Source of the DNA: Yuukianura sp. NJ FZ-2021
Taxonomy: Eukaryota
Reading direction: 5' to 3'
DNA: 64,000 nucleotides
NCBI GenBank assembly: GCA_046563655.1
Contig: CM102285.1
Location: forward strand, 11,904,001-11,968,000
Positions 16,779 through 31,840 of this stretch are shown here, piece after piece. The notes beneath the pieces are model-generated. The model was given only the letters and a program-made list of their open reading frames with translations, had not been told where the DNA came from and searched no databases. Numbering within the stretch: position 1 is the stretch's first letter; each line of letters begins with the position of its first letter. The translations under genes were made by a program, and so were the position numbers.

Positions 16779-19700
16779 ATTCAAACGCCTTCAAATTCAT
16801 TATAAACATTTTTACACATTAAACAATTTACAAACATGCACATTGCACATGTTACTAAATTTCATGTAAATGAATTTTCAATTTTTCAAAACTATAATAA
16901 AATCATTAATCCAAACAAATTGGATTTTTTTTTCATCTCTTTTCTCTATTTCCGTTTGTACTCTGTAAACTGTGACAAAATTGTTTCTCTTTGTCGCAAC
17001 CTTCTTTCACCTAAAACTATTATTTGGGTTTATTTTTGGAATATTTTATGTTAAACTAAAGCAGACTTACAAAGGAAAGTGTGTAAAATAGAGGCAGAAT
17101 TGAGAGATTGAAAATTTTTTAGTATTTTTGATGCGACAGATGTGGAAAATGCTCCAGTTCTAAATTTAACGTGTTTAGGTATTGTTAAAGGAAAGTTGAA
17201 CAACCTTTGGTAGATCAAAATGAACCAAAGTTGTAAATAACACCTTCAAACACTTTGTTAACTGTGGAGTTAAACGAGGTTAGTTAAATTCTGTTCTATT
17301 GATTGCGGCTTCAACAAAGTAAACAATAGACACTCCAATGGGATGTTGGGAATCATGATAAAAATGAGACCAACAGATGCAAGAGATCTCTAAAATTCCA
17401 TAAAATTCTTTATTTGCTCATCCTCTTTCTGTTGAAAAGTTGCTCTTCCAATACATGAATATAACACAACTTGAATTACGCTACTCAAATTCAAAATTAT
17501 GAAAAACTAACAGAAGGAGAAAAGAAATGTTTCACTACTTTCTCTAAAGTCGATGGTTTCGGATTTTTGGAAAAAGTTCAAAAGAAATTGTTGATTGGAA
17601 GCCCAAACAAAAATCCCTCCTAATCCTTCCAGACTTTTCTGAGAGTGAAAAAGAAAGTCTCGTCTGTAATTTCTCCTTTCTTCCTCTTTGATTGGAACTG
17701 AACCGAAAATAAATTGGATAGGCTACAAAAAATGGGATTTGGAGACACTTTCTCCCGCTTCCAAAACTTTTTTTGGAAGCAAAGCAAGGAAACTTTTCCT
17801 TCCGAAATGAGTAAAATGTGTCTCTGCTGAGGCTGAAGTTGTGGCCTTTTCGGTAGCGGATTCCGAGAACCTTAAAAGAAAAACTTTTTTTCTTCTTTAG
17901 TTGAAACGAGCAAAGGAGAGACAAAGTCGAGAGAGGAAAGGAGATGAAATTAATAAGAAAAGTTTCTTCTTGAATCAAAGTTTCTGTCTCACAAATTCAT
18001 TTTCAGTTGAATGCTTCACTTTTCCTTTTTCAGAAAGAAAAAGCCGAGAGAGAGAAAAAGTTGTACAAAAAAAAAACACTTTCCCCATTTTTAAAAAATT
18101 TCTACTTCTTCTCAGTTGTTTCTTTTTAAAAAATCAATCCTCTTACTTTTAATTATAAGTTTTTCATTCAAAACATTAAAAAAATGAAATTCGCCCTAAT
18201 GGTTCAAAATTTTTTGGCGATTTTGAATTCTGCATTCGATGAAAATGACGACACAGCTTCATGTGCCATTTTTCAATTTTATTTGTAAAATAGCCCGAAA
18301 AGATGTTCGACTTGCTTTCACTTGCGCTGTTTTCACTTTTTAAAACTTTCTTAAAACTAAATTTTTTTCACATTTTTGTGAAAATTGAGCGTCTGGTGGA
18401 CGGAATAACTAATGAATTGTAAATCGCTTGGTCTGGTTAAATCCTTTGGACTTTTGGATTCGTTTCGATATTGAAATCGTTGGAAATTGTAGAATAATTT
18501 GCCATATGACCATGATGATCAAATAGAAATCAAATTTTGGTCTGAAGAGGGAACAAGGGGAGAGTTATAATGTTTGGAATTGTAATCCTCCTGCAGCTTA
18601 CAAGAGTCAGAATCCCACTAATCCCACTTTCACTTTCACTTCAAAAGCATCAAAAGAGGAAAGTCTAATTTGGCTTAAATCATCAAATCCTTCTCAACTG
18701 TAAAGGATACTCTCAACAAAGTTTCATTTTATTAAACTCCAAACAATATTTGGAAATTATGGCTTTTCCTCCAAAGTTGAAAAAACTTGAAACAGTTTCG
18801 TCTGTCTACACAATGAAATAGGACTTTCTCTATACATTTTTTTAAAGTTCTATTTTGAATAAAATGTAATGTATAGGGACTGGGGAGCCTTAATATCCTA
18901 ATGGGATGTCATAATGCTTAGAATGGAGAGTTATAAAGTTTCAGTTCCTTTCTCCCTTTTCGTTGCATGAAAATTGGTCTTTCAAAGTGGAAATTGTAAT
19001 AAAATCTGAATAGGAATAGGTTTTTTTTCAAAATGTTTTTTCTATTCTTATGCATAAGGATTTTTAGGAGTCAGCGAGATCCCTTTTACTTTTAGGTTTT
19101 GGCTGACATGACACGCGGTGGTGGCTCAGCTAGTCTGAAATAGTATTAGACTTAAGTGTCAGAATACGAGTATCAGAGGGAAGGAAGTTAAACTGAAAAG
19201 CACAAAGTTATTTTCTGAGAAGGGAAAGTGTAGGGAGGTTGGTGGAAACCAATTGGTTTCTTCCCAGATTCCCAAATCCTTTGGAGTTATAAATTTCGAC
19301 CGCATAAAAGGCCGGAAAAGAAAGTCCCTGGAGACTTCCCACTTCATCCGAAACAGATGGGACCTCCACCTTCTTCTGGATTCTGATTCTGCAAGTATCC
19401 TGTACTTCCCCAGCAATCCAGATTTGGATACATTTTCCATCTCTCCCTTCCTGATTCTTCCTAAATCCACCACCAGAATCCAAAGACAAGTGCTTCTGCT
19501 TGATAGGAAAAAATAAAGTTAAGTTTAGGTTGAGCCTCTATTCCAATTTTTCCGATTTGCTTTTTTTCCCTAATGAGACTCCAGCTTTCTAAGCTCAAAA
19601 ATTCAAAAGCAGTGATTCAGCACTAGACTCTGCTTTACTTTCAATCTCCGCCTCTTGTTTTCAAACTGGAAAAGTGAAAAGTCTTTCAAATTCAATTTGG

Positions 19701-22604
19701 ATGAAGGGTCGAAACATTTGACTTACTTTCTCTGTACTTTATATGCTATGCAAAAACGCAAGAAGGGAAGCAAAAACTGTTAATTCGTTAGGACACATGA
19801 CTTTTCTCTCTCAGTTTTTGTAATTTAATTAATCAATTAACTTTCCACCACATACTTGTCTCCATCGCTTCAATATTCTACCAATTTAACTTTAAACTAG
19901 GCAACTAAATTCGAAATTAATTAATTGCAGTGCGCATTCCACACTTTTTAAATAGTGCATACTTTTCTTTTTGTACAGAACTAAAATGAAGGGTGAACGT
20001 ATTGTTTGTGTGCTGCTAATGCTGCGAATGAGGAACTTGTTCCGGTTTGAGTGAACGGAGTCAGTAGCTCTCTCTAGTTTGTTTCATTGGAGAAAGTTTT
20101 TGTAATACAAAGTTATGGCTCCATTCAGAACCGCCAGAGAGGCTTTAGGTAGCGCTTTATGCGTCCTTCTAATGCATCTGTCCGGAAAAAGGCTTCTTAT
20201 GATCGGAAGGAGAGGTGAGCATTGATCTTTTGAATGGGAAGATGCAGCATCTCGTCAGTCGCGTCGGAGAAAGCCGTCTCTCTTCATCACAACTTTCACT
20301 GGTTTTTACACACTTTCGGCTTATTTACGCCAAAGGTACGAAATTTCACACTTTTTATTAGAAAGCTTACAAAACGACTTACCGTGTTAACTGTTCTAGT
20401 TGTTAGAAGCTCAAAGTTTAAACCGACTTGTCCCGTAGCTTAAGATCAATTTATACTCTGTTGAAATAACAAAACAAGCATTCTCGTCCCTGAAGCTTTC
20501 AAATCTAAAGTCGATGTGAAACATCAGTCTTTGAAAACTCATAAATGTTAAAGTAGGTCAACTTTCTCCAGGGTTCCACCGTCAAGGTCAAATTTTCCAC
20601 ATTTTGTTTCTGCCAATGGAGTTCGTGCAAAATTCCTTTTCGATACAAAATACTTCATGCGTCCTTTATATTTTCTGAAAAATTCATAAAACTATTTAAG
20701 TTTTGTGATTTCGGTTCATAAATAATTGTAGAAAATAGGTTAAAACGCCTCAAATTTCCTGAAAAGCATATCGAGTTGATCTAGATCGATTTGATTTACA
20801 GTTAAGATTGTACTAGCCATTCGTCAATCCAAACCACAAATGAATTGATATTGTTCAACACTTTCATGTTCCGGAGTAAGCATGGGGCTTTAGTAGAAAG
20901 TAAAATCGATAAATGGAGTAAGTACAGACTTTGTTTGCAGCATAAGTTGCAGCGAAAGCCGCGTCCTTTTCTCCGTTTTCTTCAGTATGGGCATCAAAAG
21001 TGATAGTTTTATGCAATTAACTTTCCCATTAAAACTCTTGTTAATTATATTATGTTAGGTTAGTTATGTTTCAGTTATCATTAACAAACATTCGAATGAC
21101 CCAGTGAGTTGAAGAAGCCTAATTAGTTGTTTGTACAATAAACTAATTTAATCGAGGCCAAGTCAATGTTCCCGTACGTCATTGTGACAACCTTAAGTGA
21201 CTTTCACTTTGACCCAGATCTTGATTAACTGGGTCACCTGAACCCTACCAAACTCCGACTGGAATTCCACGCAACAAACCTCTTCGTTTCAGATTACTAT
21301 GTTGTTAGTATGTCCAAGGCAAGAAGTTTTTTCCAGCTTTCTCTGGAAAAATTATAGTAGTATTGGTCTTCCAGGAAACTCTGTTTGACACACGGAGTTC
21401 CAAAGGAGAAAAGGAAAGTGGTTCAAATTAAACGAAAATCGAACAGTGTTTGGCTTTCTACTTGAAAACAAGGTTCATTTGGTCTGTCCGAGTTCCCACG
21501 AGCAGAAAATAACTTTCTCTTTTCAATATTTCCATAATTCAATCATCTGTATCATGTTTAATTTCAAGTGTTTAGAAAAATTAAAATTAGGAAGAAAACC
21601 TAAGTAAAGGAGTCAGTGGTTGGTTTTTTTAAAAAGTGAAAGTTTATTTTTGTGAGCGTGCAAGGATGCCTGGATACTACAGTAGTCCAGCCATTGGAGT
21701 AAGAAAGTACTACTTTGACTTGAATAATTCATTGGAATGGACTCGGCAGAATATGTGGGACACATTTTACTAATTACTAGCCACAGAAATACCTTTATAC
21801 TTCATATAATAGTTGCATGACAAGAATTTAAAGTTCCAGAGGACATGCCATGTATGGGCTCATAACTTTTCTTCCTTCTCGGGAGAGTTCTCACGACCAG
21901 GGTCAATCGATCCACTCTTCCGCGATGTATTTATCCAAAAGGATTTTAGACTATTTCAAACGTATCAGAACGAAGATGTTCCTTTTTAAAGTTCCAATTT
22001 ACTGAAAATTTGCGGTTAAAGAGAAAGCGGTTTTCACTTTCTTGCTTTCTATTTCTTTCGAGTTGGGCTGATAATGAAACTGAACGACTTTTAAAGAATG
22101 CGTCTAATTTTTTGTTACGGGCTTTCTATCTCAACATTTGGTAAAAGTAATCGTACTTATTTCGCAGGAAGCTATTAGGTGAAGTATGTATCTTATATCG
22201 AAAAATGCAGCAAAAGTGAAAGTTAGGGTAAAGTAATAGGTGTAAAGTAATAGTAAAGTGATACTTTTTGAAACCATGAACACGCGATGTGGGCTTGTCT
22301 GGCTTCATCTCCTCTTGAAAACCATGAACTTTTTGAAAAATCCGATTTTTTCTACAGTTTTTTTCATTTTTCTTTGTTGTTGATTCTGTATGTGCCTAAA
22401 CAGACTCGTTTTGAAACAAAAAACAACACAGGCCAAAAAGGCACAAAGCGTTTAATAAGCAACAGTTTTCCTTTTGTGACCTAATTCATGGACAATTTTC
22501 CATTGGCACTTTTTAAGCACCGTAAATAACTTTTGCTAACAATGTCAAATTTAGATTACTTGAACTTTTCACTCACGCTAGGCTTGTTTGTTCGCAACAA
22601 CATG

Positions 22605-22763
22605 GGTCACACTGGCAATGATTATGAAGATGGAAACTTGACGTGTACTGAGGGAATACAAGCAGATAAAGTGTGTCGTAGATAAGAGCGCTCTTTAGTT
22701 AGCATTTAGTTGGAGACAGATTGAAGTGCCAAGTTTTGTGGTCATCTCTGGCCGTATATATAA
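22605..22763 (+). promoter_or_regulatory. MIF promoter: Ohler motif-1-like GGTCACACTG and TATA box
   Basis: GGTCACACTG at 22605-22614 and GTATATATAA at ~22754-22763, about 80 nt before the ATG at 22844. Confidence 0.4.
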
Positions 22764-22843
22764 CCCTGTTCTCCAACCTTCTGCAACTGCAATTTGATTT
22801 TTCTTATAATTTGAAAACATCCTGAAATTTCTCTACACCCAGA

Positions 22844-23287
22844 ATGCCTCACTTTCGTCTAGACACTAATGTCCCGAGGGCATCAGTTACTTCCAAATTT
22901 TTAAAAGAACTAAATCAAGTCGTTGCCAAAACACTTGGAAAACCAGAAGAGGTAAAGTCCCTCACTTTCTTTTTTCAGAAATTTGGAAATATATTTTCAA
23001 AATTGTTCCAAATTCAAATATTTTCATGTCTTGAAAAGGTGTGTGTCGTGACTGTCGTTCCAGAACAATTGATGCAACATGGAACAGAAGACGGACCTTG
23101 TGGTCAAGCCACTCTAATGTGCATTGGGAAACTTGGAGAAACCGAAAACATCCGGCACTCAAAAGCAATTTCAGAAAAGCTTGCAGAAATCGGGATTCCA
23201 GCACATCGTTTGTACATTACCTTCCAGGACACATTGAATTACAACGTCGGTGCAAGTGGAACGACAGCAAAAGTACTCGGGGCTTGA
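22844..23287 (+). CDS. MIF: Macrophage migration inhibitory factor (tautomerase family), 118 aa
   Basis: Exons 22844-22951 and 23039-23287. N-terminal MP, TNVPR, LGKPE, CIGKLG, RLYITFQD and NVG match the MIF fold signature. The 87-nt intron is in frame and stop-free, so the ORF track reads through it. Confidence 0.92.
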   Translation: MPHFRLDTNVPRASVTSKFLKELNQVVAKTLGKPEEVKSLTFFFQKFGNIFSKLFQIQIFSCLEKVCVVTVVPEQLMQHGTEDGPCGQATLMCIGKLGETENIRHSKAISEKLAEIGIPAHRLYITFQDTLNYNVGASGTTAKVLGA

Positions 23288-24361
23288 ACCTCATCGTCAT
23301 CATCCTTAAACATGACCATCGTTTAGTTCAAGTGCTTGCTGTATTATCATTTTGTACACAATTTATTGATAAATGATTAAAATAAATAACATTTGAAAAG
23401 CAGCAAAAAGCTGATTAGGTTCACATGAGCCGCGAATTTCGGGGAAGAAAAAAGGTGAAAGTGGAGAAATCGCGAGAATTTTGGAAATTTTGAATCCAAA
23501 GCCAGCGATTGTTGCTAAATGGCAGAATTTTGGAAAAATTGTATAAAAATAGACAAGTTTACAACATTTTCGAACACATTTTAAGAAAATGCGTTTTGTT
23601 TTTGTTCCAAAACTAATTTCTGACCACTTCCCTAAGCCTGTCATCGAGTGGCAGCTAATGGCCAATAATCGATTGTTTGTCTCAATCATTAGAAAAGCCA
23701 TTAAGCTTCAAGTTCCAACTGTCTCTTGAGACTGACTCTTCCTCAGAATGGTCAGAATAGATTGGAAATCGAATTTGACCAAAAAATGCCACGTTTTGGG
23801 TTTCCTGGTTACACCGGTTTCAAAATTACCGAAATTTTGATTTTGACTATTGATCTCTGAGTAGCTTACGCATGTAAGTGTTGTAGAAGTAAAGAATGTT
23901 AAAAAAATCAAAAGCTAAAAAGTCAGGGAAGACTTGCGGTTTAAAAAAAAGTAAGTTGGGTTTGGTGGTATCAGTGGTTAGATTTAATGGGCCTAAAGTT
24001 TTTTCCTTGATGGACGTACGTGTTCGTCTGCTAAAGAATAAGCCGCTTTTTGGTATCTTTTGCCTTACTAAGATATGTACATATGCATGTCGTGTTTGTT
24101 CTAGTTATTGCGCAAAGATGGGTTGGACATAAAAGGGATAGTATTTGGCACTACAAAAGGTATATGGATGGACTGGACGCTTCGAAACATAAAAATTATG
24201 AGACAGAATATTAGTTTTGAGCAGGAGCAGAAGCGTCACTTAGTTTGAAACGAAGCATTCGGACCAGAACAACTTTCACTTTTGTGTTGTCCAGAACACG
24301 AACTTTGAAAACTTCTGTAACTGTTGCTTTATTTGCATTTCCGAAGGTCCAACAACGACCT

Positions 24362-25604
<1,243 letters not shown>

Positions 25605-27417
25605 TTCCTTTGCAAGCCTCAGTTCTTAAACTTCACACTGTACTTCAACAAACAATCAACGTGTGAATTTCAATTAATTGATATTAACTTTCATTGCTGA
25701 AAATTCAAAATCAGTTCTTTGCTAAACTGCTGCTACTTCTACTGCCAATTTTAAAGTCGTTAACGAGTTGAAGAGTTAACTTTATGAAAAAACATTATGA
25801 ATTTTATGAATTCTGGATTCGAAAGACTTTTGGTAGAGCTTAAACTTTTGCAACAATGAAAACTTTGCGGCATTTCCTGATTATTGCTGAAATTATGAAA
25901 TCCTACTTGTTAATTGTAACTTATGATGATCAAAAATCAAAATTTTAGAGTTCTATCAGTTAAAAACTATCCAGAACCTACGAAATTATAGTAATCTTTG
26001 TAACTTCTAAGGGAATATGAGTCAGATTTACTGAAGTGGTGCTGGATGATCTTTGAGATGGAAAAAAACGTTTGCCTTTGTTCAGACTTGTACTTGTTAG
26101 AAAATGTACAACCTTGTCACTCGATTACTGAAAAATAAACAAAAGTTGTAGAGTATTTGGGTAAATTCAGTTCAAGTTCCGCATTTTATAGATTCATTGA
26201 TTGATTTATATAAATCTTCCACGTAATAACGAAGCTAATGGGAATGGTGTGAAGTGGTTTCTCCACACTTTCAAGTGGACCCAGGTGAAAGTTTTCCAAT
26301 TCAGGAAAACCCGAGTTCTGCATATTTAGAAAAAAAAATCGGCTCCTTGTGTGTATTTTTTTTAGTTGCGACAGTTTTGTTGATTTTTTTTTTTGCGGTA
26401 AGTGTATACCTTGACCCTAATGACCTTTCACAAATTTTTGGAAGCATGCCTAAGTGGTTCTAATTTGGATTTAAGTCCATTTGTGAGGGGGCAAGGTGAA
26501 GGATATGTTTGCTGGGTTTCAATTTCTAGAGTACACTTGAAGGGAGAGGGCCCTTAAGTGGAAACGGAGAGATCACTTACCTCTACTCATCAACTGCCAA
26601 CACAGATCAGTTCTATCCTGTTCAAATTAAACCAAGATGGTCCAAATGCAAAAATGATGCTGACTCAAACGGAAATTTCAAAAAATCAACCCCCGCCTAT
26701 TGTCAAAACAAAAATTTTCAGAAAGTAAAATTTTGAAATGAAATCCTATTCCTAGTGTATTTGGAGTACTTGAGATTAATCGGATTGATTTTTGTGTGTG
26801 AATTGCTGTGAGTCTTTGAGTTGTAATTTGATTCCAAAGTCCAATTGCCCCAGGAGATTCCTTTCACTTTACTTTTACCGACTCTCCCAAAGTTTACTTC
26901 TACTTCCACATTTATTGTTAAAATAAATAGGGATTTTGGGTAGACTGAAATGTGAGTAGACGAAGGGATGGATATCTGGGCATGTTGACTGTTCTGGATG
27001 TGATTCCTGGGATGACATGGACCTGACATGCCGGTGGTGCTTTTTGGACTTCATCCTATGAATACTACTGACTTTCTTCGTCTTTCCCCTGTGAAACAAA
27101 AGTCAAAGGGACCTCTCTCTCCTAGTTACTCCCTCCATCGATACCTCTATTTACTTTGTGTTACGCAGAATAAACCAAACTGATTCCATTATTCCTAAAC
27201 CACAAAAACGGATTTAGTTCACACTTTTTCGGTTCGGTTCAGTTCCTTTTCACTCGTCTTCCGGATCACTTCAATCAGAGAAATTAGCAGGCGCGTCTCT
27301 CCTTAAAAATTTCAGATTTTTGGTTAATAGTGCTTTTTTTTTTGAAGATTCTCGAAAAAAGTTTTTCTTGTATTAATTTGTCGCTTCTAAAAGTAGAATT
27401 TCAAGTGAAATTTGACA

Positions 27418-28933
27418 ATGGAGAAAGCTAGGAGGCCGAAATGTGCTCGATGCAGGAATCACGGTGTAATTTCTTGGCTCAAGGGCCATAAAAAACAATG
27501 CCGCTTTCGAATTTGTGCTTGTGCGAAATGCAATTTGATAGCTGAGAGACAGAGAGTGATGGCGGCACAGGTACTTTCTTTAAAGAGATTTTTGGTTTAC
27601 ATAAAATTTTTGTTTTGTTTCTGTTTTCGATACTTCATTTTCGACACTTTTTGAAAACATTTTATTTTGAATTGAAGGTAGCATTAAAAAGACAGCAAGC
27701 TGCTGAAGACGCAGTAGCCATTGGTTTACGAACCATTGTTACTGGAAATGCTGTCAGAGCACTTCCGCCTGGTCCAATTTTTGGAATGAAAGTGGACGAA
27801 GTTCCGGAAGTTGCTGGGACAGGAGACTCGGATGCTCTGGATCAAATTAGTTCTACTCAGACACCTTCTTCATCAAAATTTTCCAAAAGTTCTTCAAAGC
27901 GATCCGAAAGCAAGTTTGAAAAGAAGTATCAGCATTACAACGAAGTTGAGAATTTGGAAACCACAGCTACACCCTCACCGAAAGAAATTTTGAAGAAATT
28001 ATTTCCATCTTATGAAGAACCGCTGCTAGATTCCGTTTTGTTGCAAAATGATCAGAATTTAGTCAAAACCATTCACAAATTGACTTCGCATCACAATTAT
28101 CATTCTGCACCTAAACAGTCGCAGCCAGGAAGCAGCAATCGGTAAGAAAATATTCTAATTTTCATGACCTTTGACCTTCTGGAAGTTTTTTAAAAATTAG
28201 TTTTTGGGACTTTCTTTTTCAAAATTTTGAAATACTCTCTAGGTGTTCTGGAAATGCTCTCCAGTCTTACTTAGCCACTTGGAACCCCGCTGCTGCAGCC
28301 ACCGGAACGATTCCACCTTCGGGCAACTCGAAATCCGTGAGTCGTTCAAATAATTCAAGCAGTCGGAGACTTTCAGCGTTCGTTCGACCCCAACAGTCAC
28401 GGTCATCGGAACAGCAGCATCAGCGTCGAATTCCAGCAGGACCCGTTCCAGGCCTATTCCGACATCCGAGCGTCGGATTAGCCCCACCTCCGCAGGCAGT
28501 TCCTCCGCCCCACCTTCCGACCTTGGACCCACATTTCTCCGGTGGGTCTCTCTTGCCATACCATCATCCCACTCCTATGTGGGCCAGTTCTAACGTCTTC
28601 TATCACTTTACAATTCCACCCCATACGGCTGCTGGACCTTCCCTCATTTCAAATCCACATAGTTCCTCTCACCCCCTGATCACAGACTTGAGTTACTCAA
28701 GGCCTTTCCACCTTCCATCCCCCTCAGGGTGCACAATTCCAGGGTGTCGAGACTGTACTCAGGGAGGTCAAAGGACTCAAACCCCACCAGAAATTGAGCA
28801 AGGTCAAAGGTCAGACCCTAGAAGAAGTGACAGTGACGAGTCGAAGTCTCCAATCTTAGACTCGTATTGTATGGAAGTCATTGACGTAGAGAGTAATGGA
28901 AGTGGGAGAGAGGAAGATCAGGAGTCAAAATAG
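27418..28933 (+). CDS. dmrt93B: DM-domain transcription factor, Dmrt93B-like (DM + DMA domain), ~435 aa
   Basis: Exons 27418-27570, 27678-28141, 28243-28933. DM domain [58 protein letters not shown]. Post-[10 protein letters not shown] motif is typical of Dmrt93B. DMA-like [10 protein letters not shown]...LDSVL...NLVKTI. Confidence 0.85.
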
Positions 28934-31840
28934 CACGACTGCAAAGAGCAAAGAGCTAAATTCAATTAATTCGTTTCGATTAACTTGTCCTATTTATGTT
29001 TACATAAGATTCATTTCAAATGTCAACAGTCTGGAGATTGGAAAGTTAGGTTATCATTACCCTACCTGACTGGGGTATATTCGCATTGAAGTATTTCCTC
29101 TAGCGCAACTAATTTACAATTAAAATATAATAGAAACATGAAACAATGGTAACTTAATAAAATAAAATGGAAAATCTCAATAAAAAAAATTTCTGCAGTA
29201 TAGTTTCCGTAAGGGGGATGAAAACTAGGGGGATGAAATGAAACTGGATGGAGGGGGTGATTTGTGTGAAAATTATTTTCCTTGAATTGTTCCACACAAA
29301 ACTTTTTTTCAACAAATCGACTCAAAAGTTTTAAATTCAAAAAGTTCAATACCTACCACCTCGCAGCTCGTTGTTTTGTGAGTTATGCAAGCATGTTAAA
29401 TGATATTTTTGAATTTGGGTGAGGATTGCGTGTGCTTTTGAATTGTTTAAAAACAATGAAATTAAGTGTTTACTTGCTTTCAAATCTTCTTTTTTGATTT
29501 GCTCTCAAAACTGGAATTAAATTTGGATTTAAAACTTCAAAAGTTTAAGAAATTCAAAGAGGACGAAATATTAACTTAGAAGTGCGATGCAGTGAAAACC
29601 AGTTTTTATGAATTTTCACACGCTGTGACGCAACGACAATGAATATATTTTGCGAGCGAGATAAGTCGAAGTTTGCGGAAGTTTCGCCAAAATTTTGACC
29701 TTGGAGTAAAAAAAGACTAGTTTTGAATCAAGTTAAAGAAATCTAGTAACTTTAGGAAACGATAACATGATCTCCAGCAGCTTTGTTTGTGACTTTTAAT
29801 ATTTCTACGGAAGACTTTTGTAACTGTTGTAATTATTCTGGAACTGTATCTTCCAAAATCTTTAATTCGTTACTCCTACTTATTTTTTCTTGGAATTTGA
29901 ACAAGAGGATATTTTTGAAAGGAAACGACTGTTTGTTTGAAACAAGAAAACTTTGTGATGGAACTCTGCTCACAGAAAAATTGAGTAACAAGATGACTTC
30001 TGTGTGGTTTCCATTAGTTGAGTAAATAAACACAACCGATCCATCAATCAAAATATTCTCCTTTGTATTCCAATTTTTGACATGTTTTCTTTCCTTTTCG
30101 ACACATTTCCTTTTACACGATTGTTTAACAAATCTCCGACAAAATTTCAAAAAGCATTTAACTAACCTCAACATAACTTTTTGTTTCATAAGTCTGAATT
30201 TTAAAACAAAAAAGCAGTTTGCATGAACAAGACGATTTTAAATGACCGTCGAATTTCTTTTGACCAACAAAGCTTTGAAGAGTTAAACGCAACTCCAAAT
30301 TAACCTGAAACCAAATATCTTAATAACTATTTTGAACATGAAAATATTTTCCAAAGTTTAAAATGCAAAATGTGACATTTTATATTCATTTATATACATT
30401 TTATATACATTTTATATTCAATCTAAAGAAAATTCCCAAGAGTTAGTGAAAAAAAAGTGAGCATTTCTCACAATAATTAAACTGGCTTAGGTTGTTTACT
30501 TTAATTAAATACATTTTTATCAATTATTTTCTAGCCAATAAAATTTCACATCCATACAGTACAGTTGGAAAACTTTCTTGCCGACTTAATGACTTTGTTG
30601 TAAGTTTGAGGAAAAATTTCAGGTTGAGTTTTTGAACTTCTAAAAGCATTTGCGATTAAACAAAACCAGCAAAGAACAAACAGATCATGAGATTCTTAAA
30701 GTATGTAGCATGAAGTTAAAATTGGCATTGAAAATGAAATTGTGATTTCACTTCCTTACTGTAACTAAAAATAGAAATCCAAAATCTAGCGATATAGAAA
30801 AAGTAGCATGACCAAACCAATGCTAACAGTGCAAAAATTCAAAATTATTTCAAAAGGGGAGAATTAATTTCGTTTGCAAATTGTCATTTTGGCATGTCTG
30901 TCATTTAATTCCAAAGTCCTATATTTCTACTGCGCAGAGTCACAAGTTCCTTTTGCGAATTAGTTTTTAAAACCGGTTTGTTAGAGGAAGTAAATTTACG
31001 TTACTGCTTAGAATCAATTAGAGAGACACACCTCCAAAGATGCTTACAGCTCCAACGAAGAATGGCGTTCAAATCAAAATACTAAACATCATTCGTTCTC
31101 GAAATTGCGTACTTTTTTGAAATGTGGTTTTTGCAAACAAAAGTACAGCTTGTGATGCAAAAACAATGGAACTCATACTAACTGCGTATCACAAAGCAAA
31201 ATATTGAGCTTCACACACCTCCATGTGCCATTTGACCCATAAATTTACGGAAAAGAAAACAAGTTAGCCTCGGATCTCAAAACAAAAGAAATGACTCATC
31301 CCAAATAAAAACATCAAAACCGAAGCTTTGTTTTGAACAAAAATATGCAGAAGAAATTGAAATGTTCTGAAGCTACTTGTGGAATTCGTCAAAAAGAATA
31401 AAAAAAAAAGCCTATAAAGTTTGTTTTTAGTTGAATATCTTGAAAAAAAATTCCAGAAAAATTCAATTGCTACATTGCGAAAAAATGTCTTCATAAATTG
31501 CAAATTACGAACTTCTAAGGTATGAGTTTGCCAATGTTATTTACTTCTTCGTTCGTAAGAAAAATGTCGAGATTTCAAGAGGGGGGAAGAATTTACTGGA
31601 GAATTTTCCTGCTTTGTAGACACGCTATGAAATCATACGCCTTGCCCTAAGATTCCATAGGGCGAGTCCTTCCAGAAGGACATTCCAGGATACATACAGA
31701 GATCAGTGGCTGAGTACTGGTCAGTTATCAATCAGCCATTCAAGACGCAAGGTCAATATCAGTTTCAAATGCAACAGAATTCTCAAATTTTCTGCAAATC
31801 AAAGAAGTTTTCGATTGTAATATTTTGACATTTCGAAAAA

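Noticed and set aside
19159..19516. Three overlapping 87-104 aa ORFs
   Set aside because: No recognisable motif and no consistent splice partners; could be UTR or lncRNA.
20100..21000. Short coding-looking minus-strand fragments (e.g. MASTILTVNQIDLDQLDMLFRKFE, SILYRKGILHELHW)
   Set aside because: They could not be joined into a frame-consistent model; at most a decayed pseudogene.
29212..29262. GGGGGATGAAA short direct repeats
   Set aside because: Only 2-3 copies; probably a repeat fragment with no definable ends.
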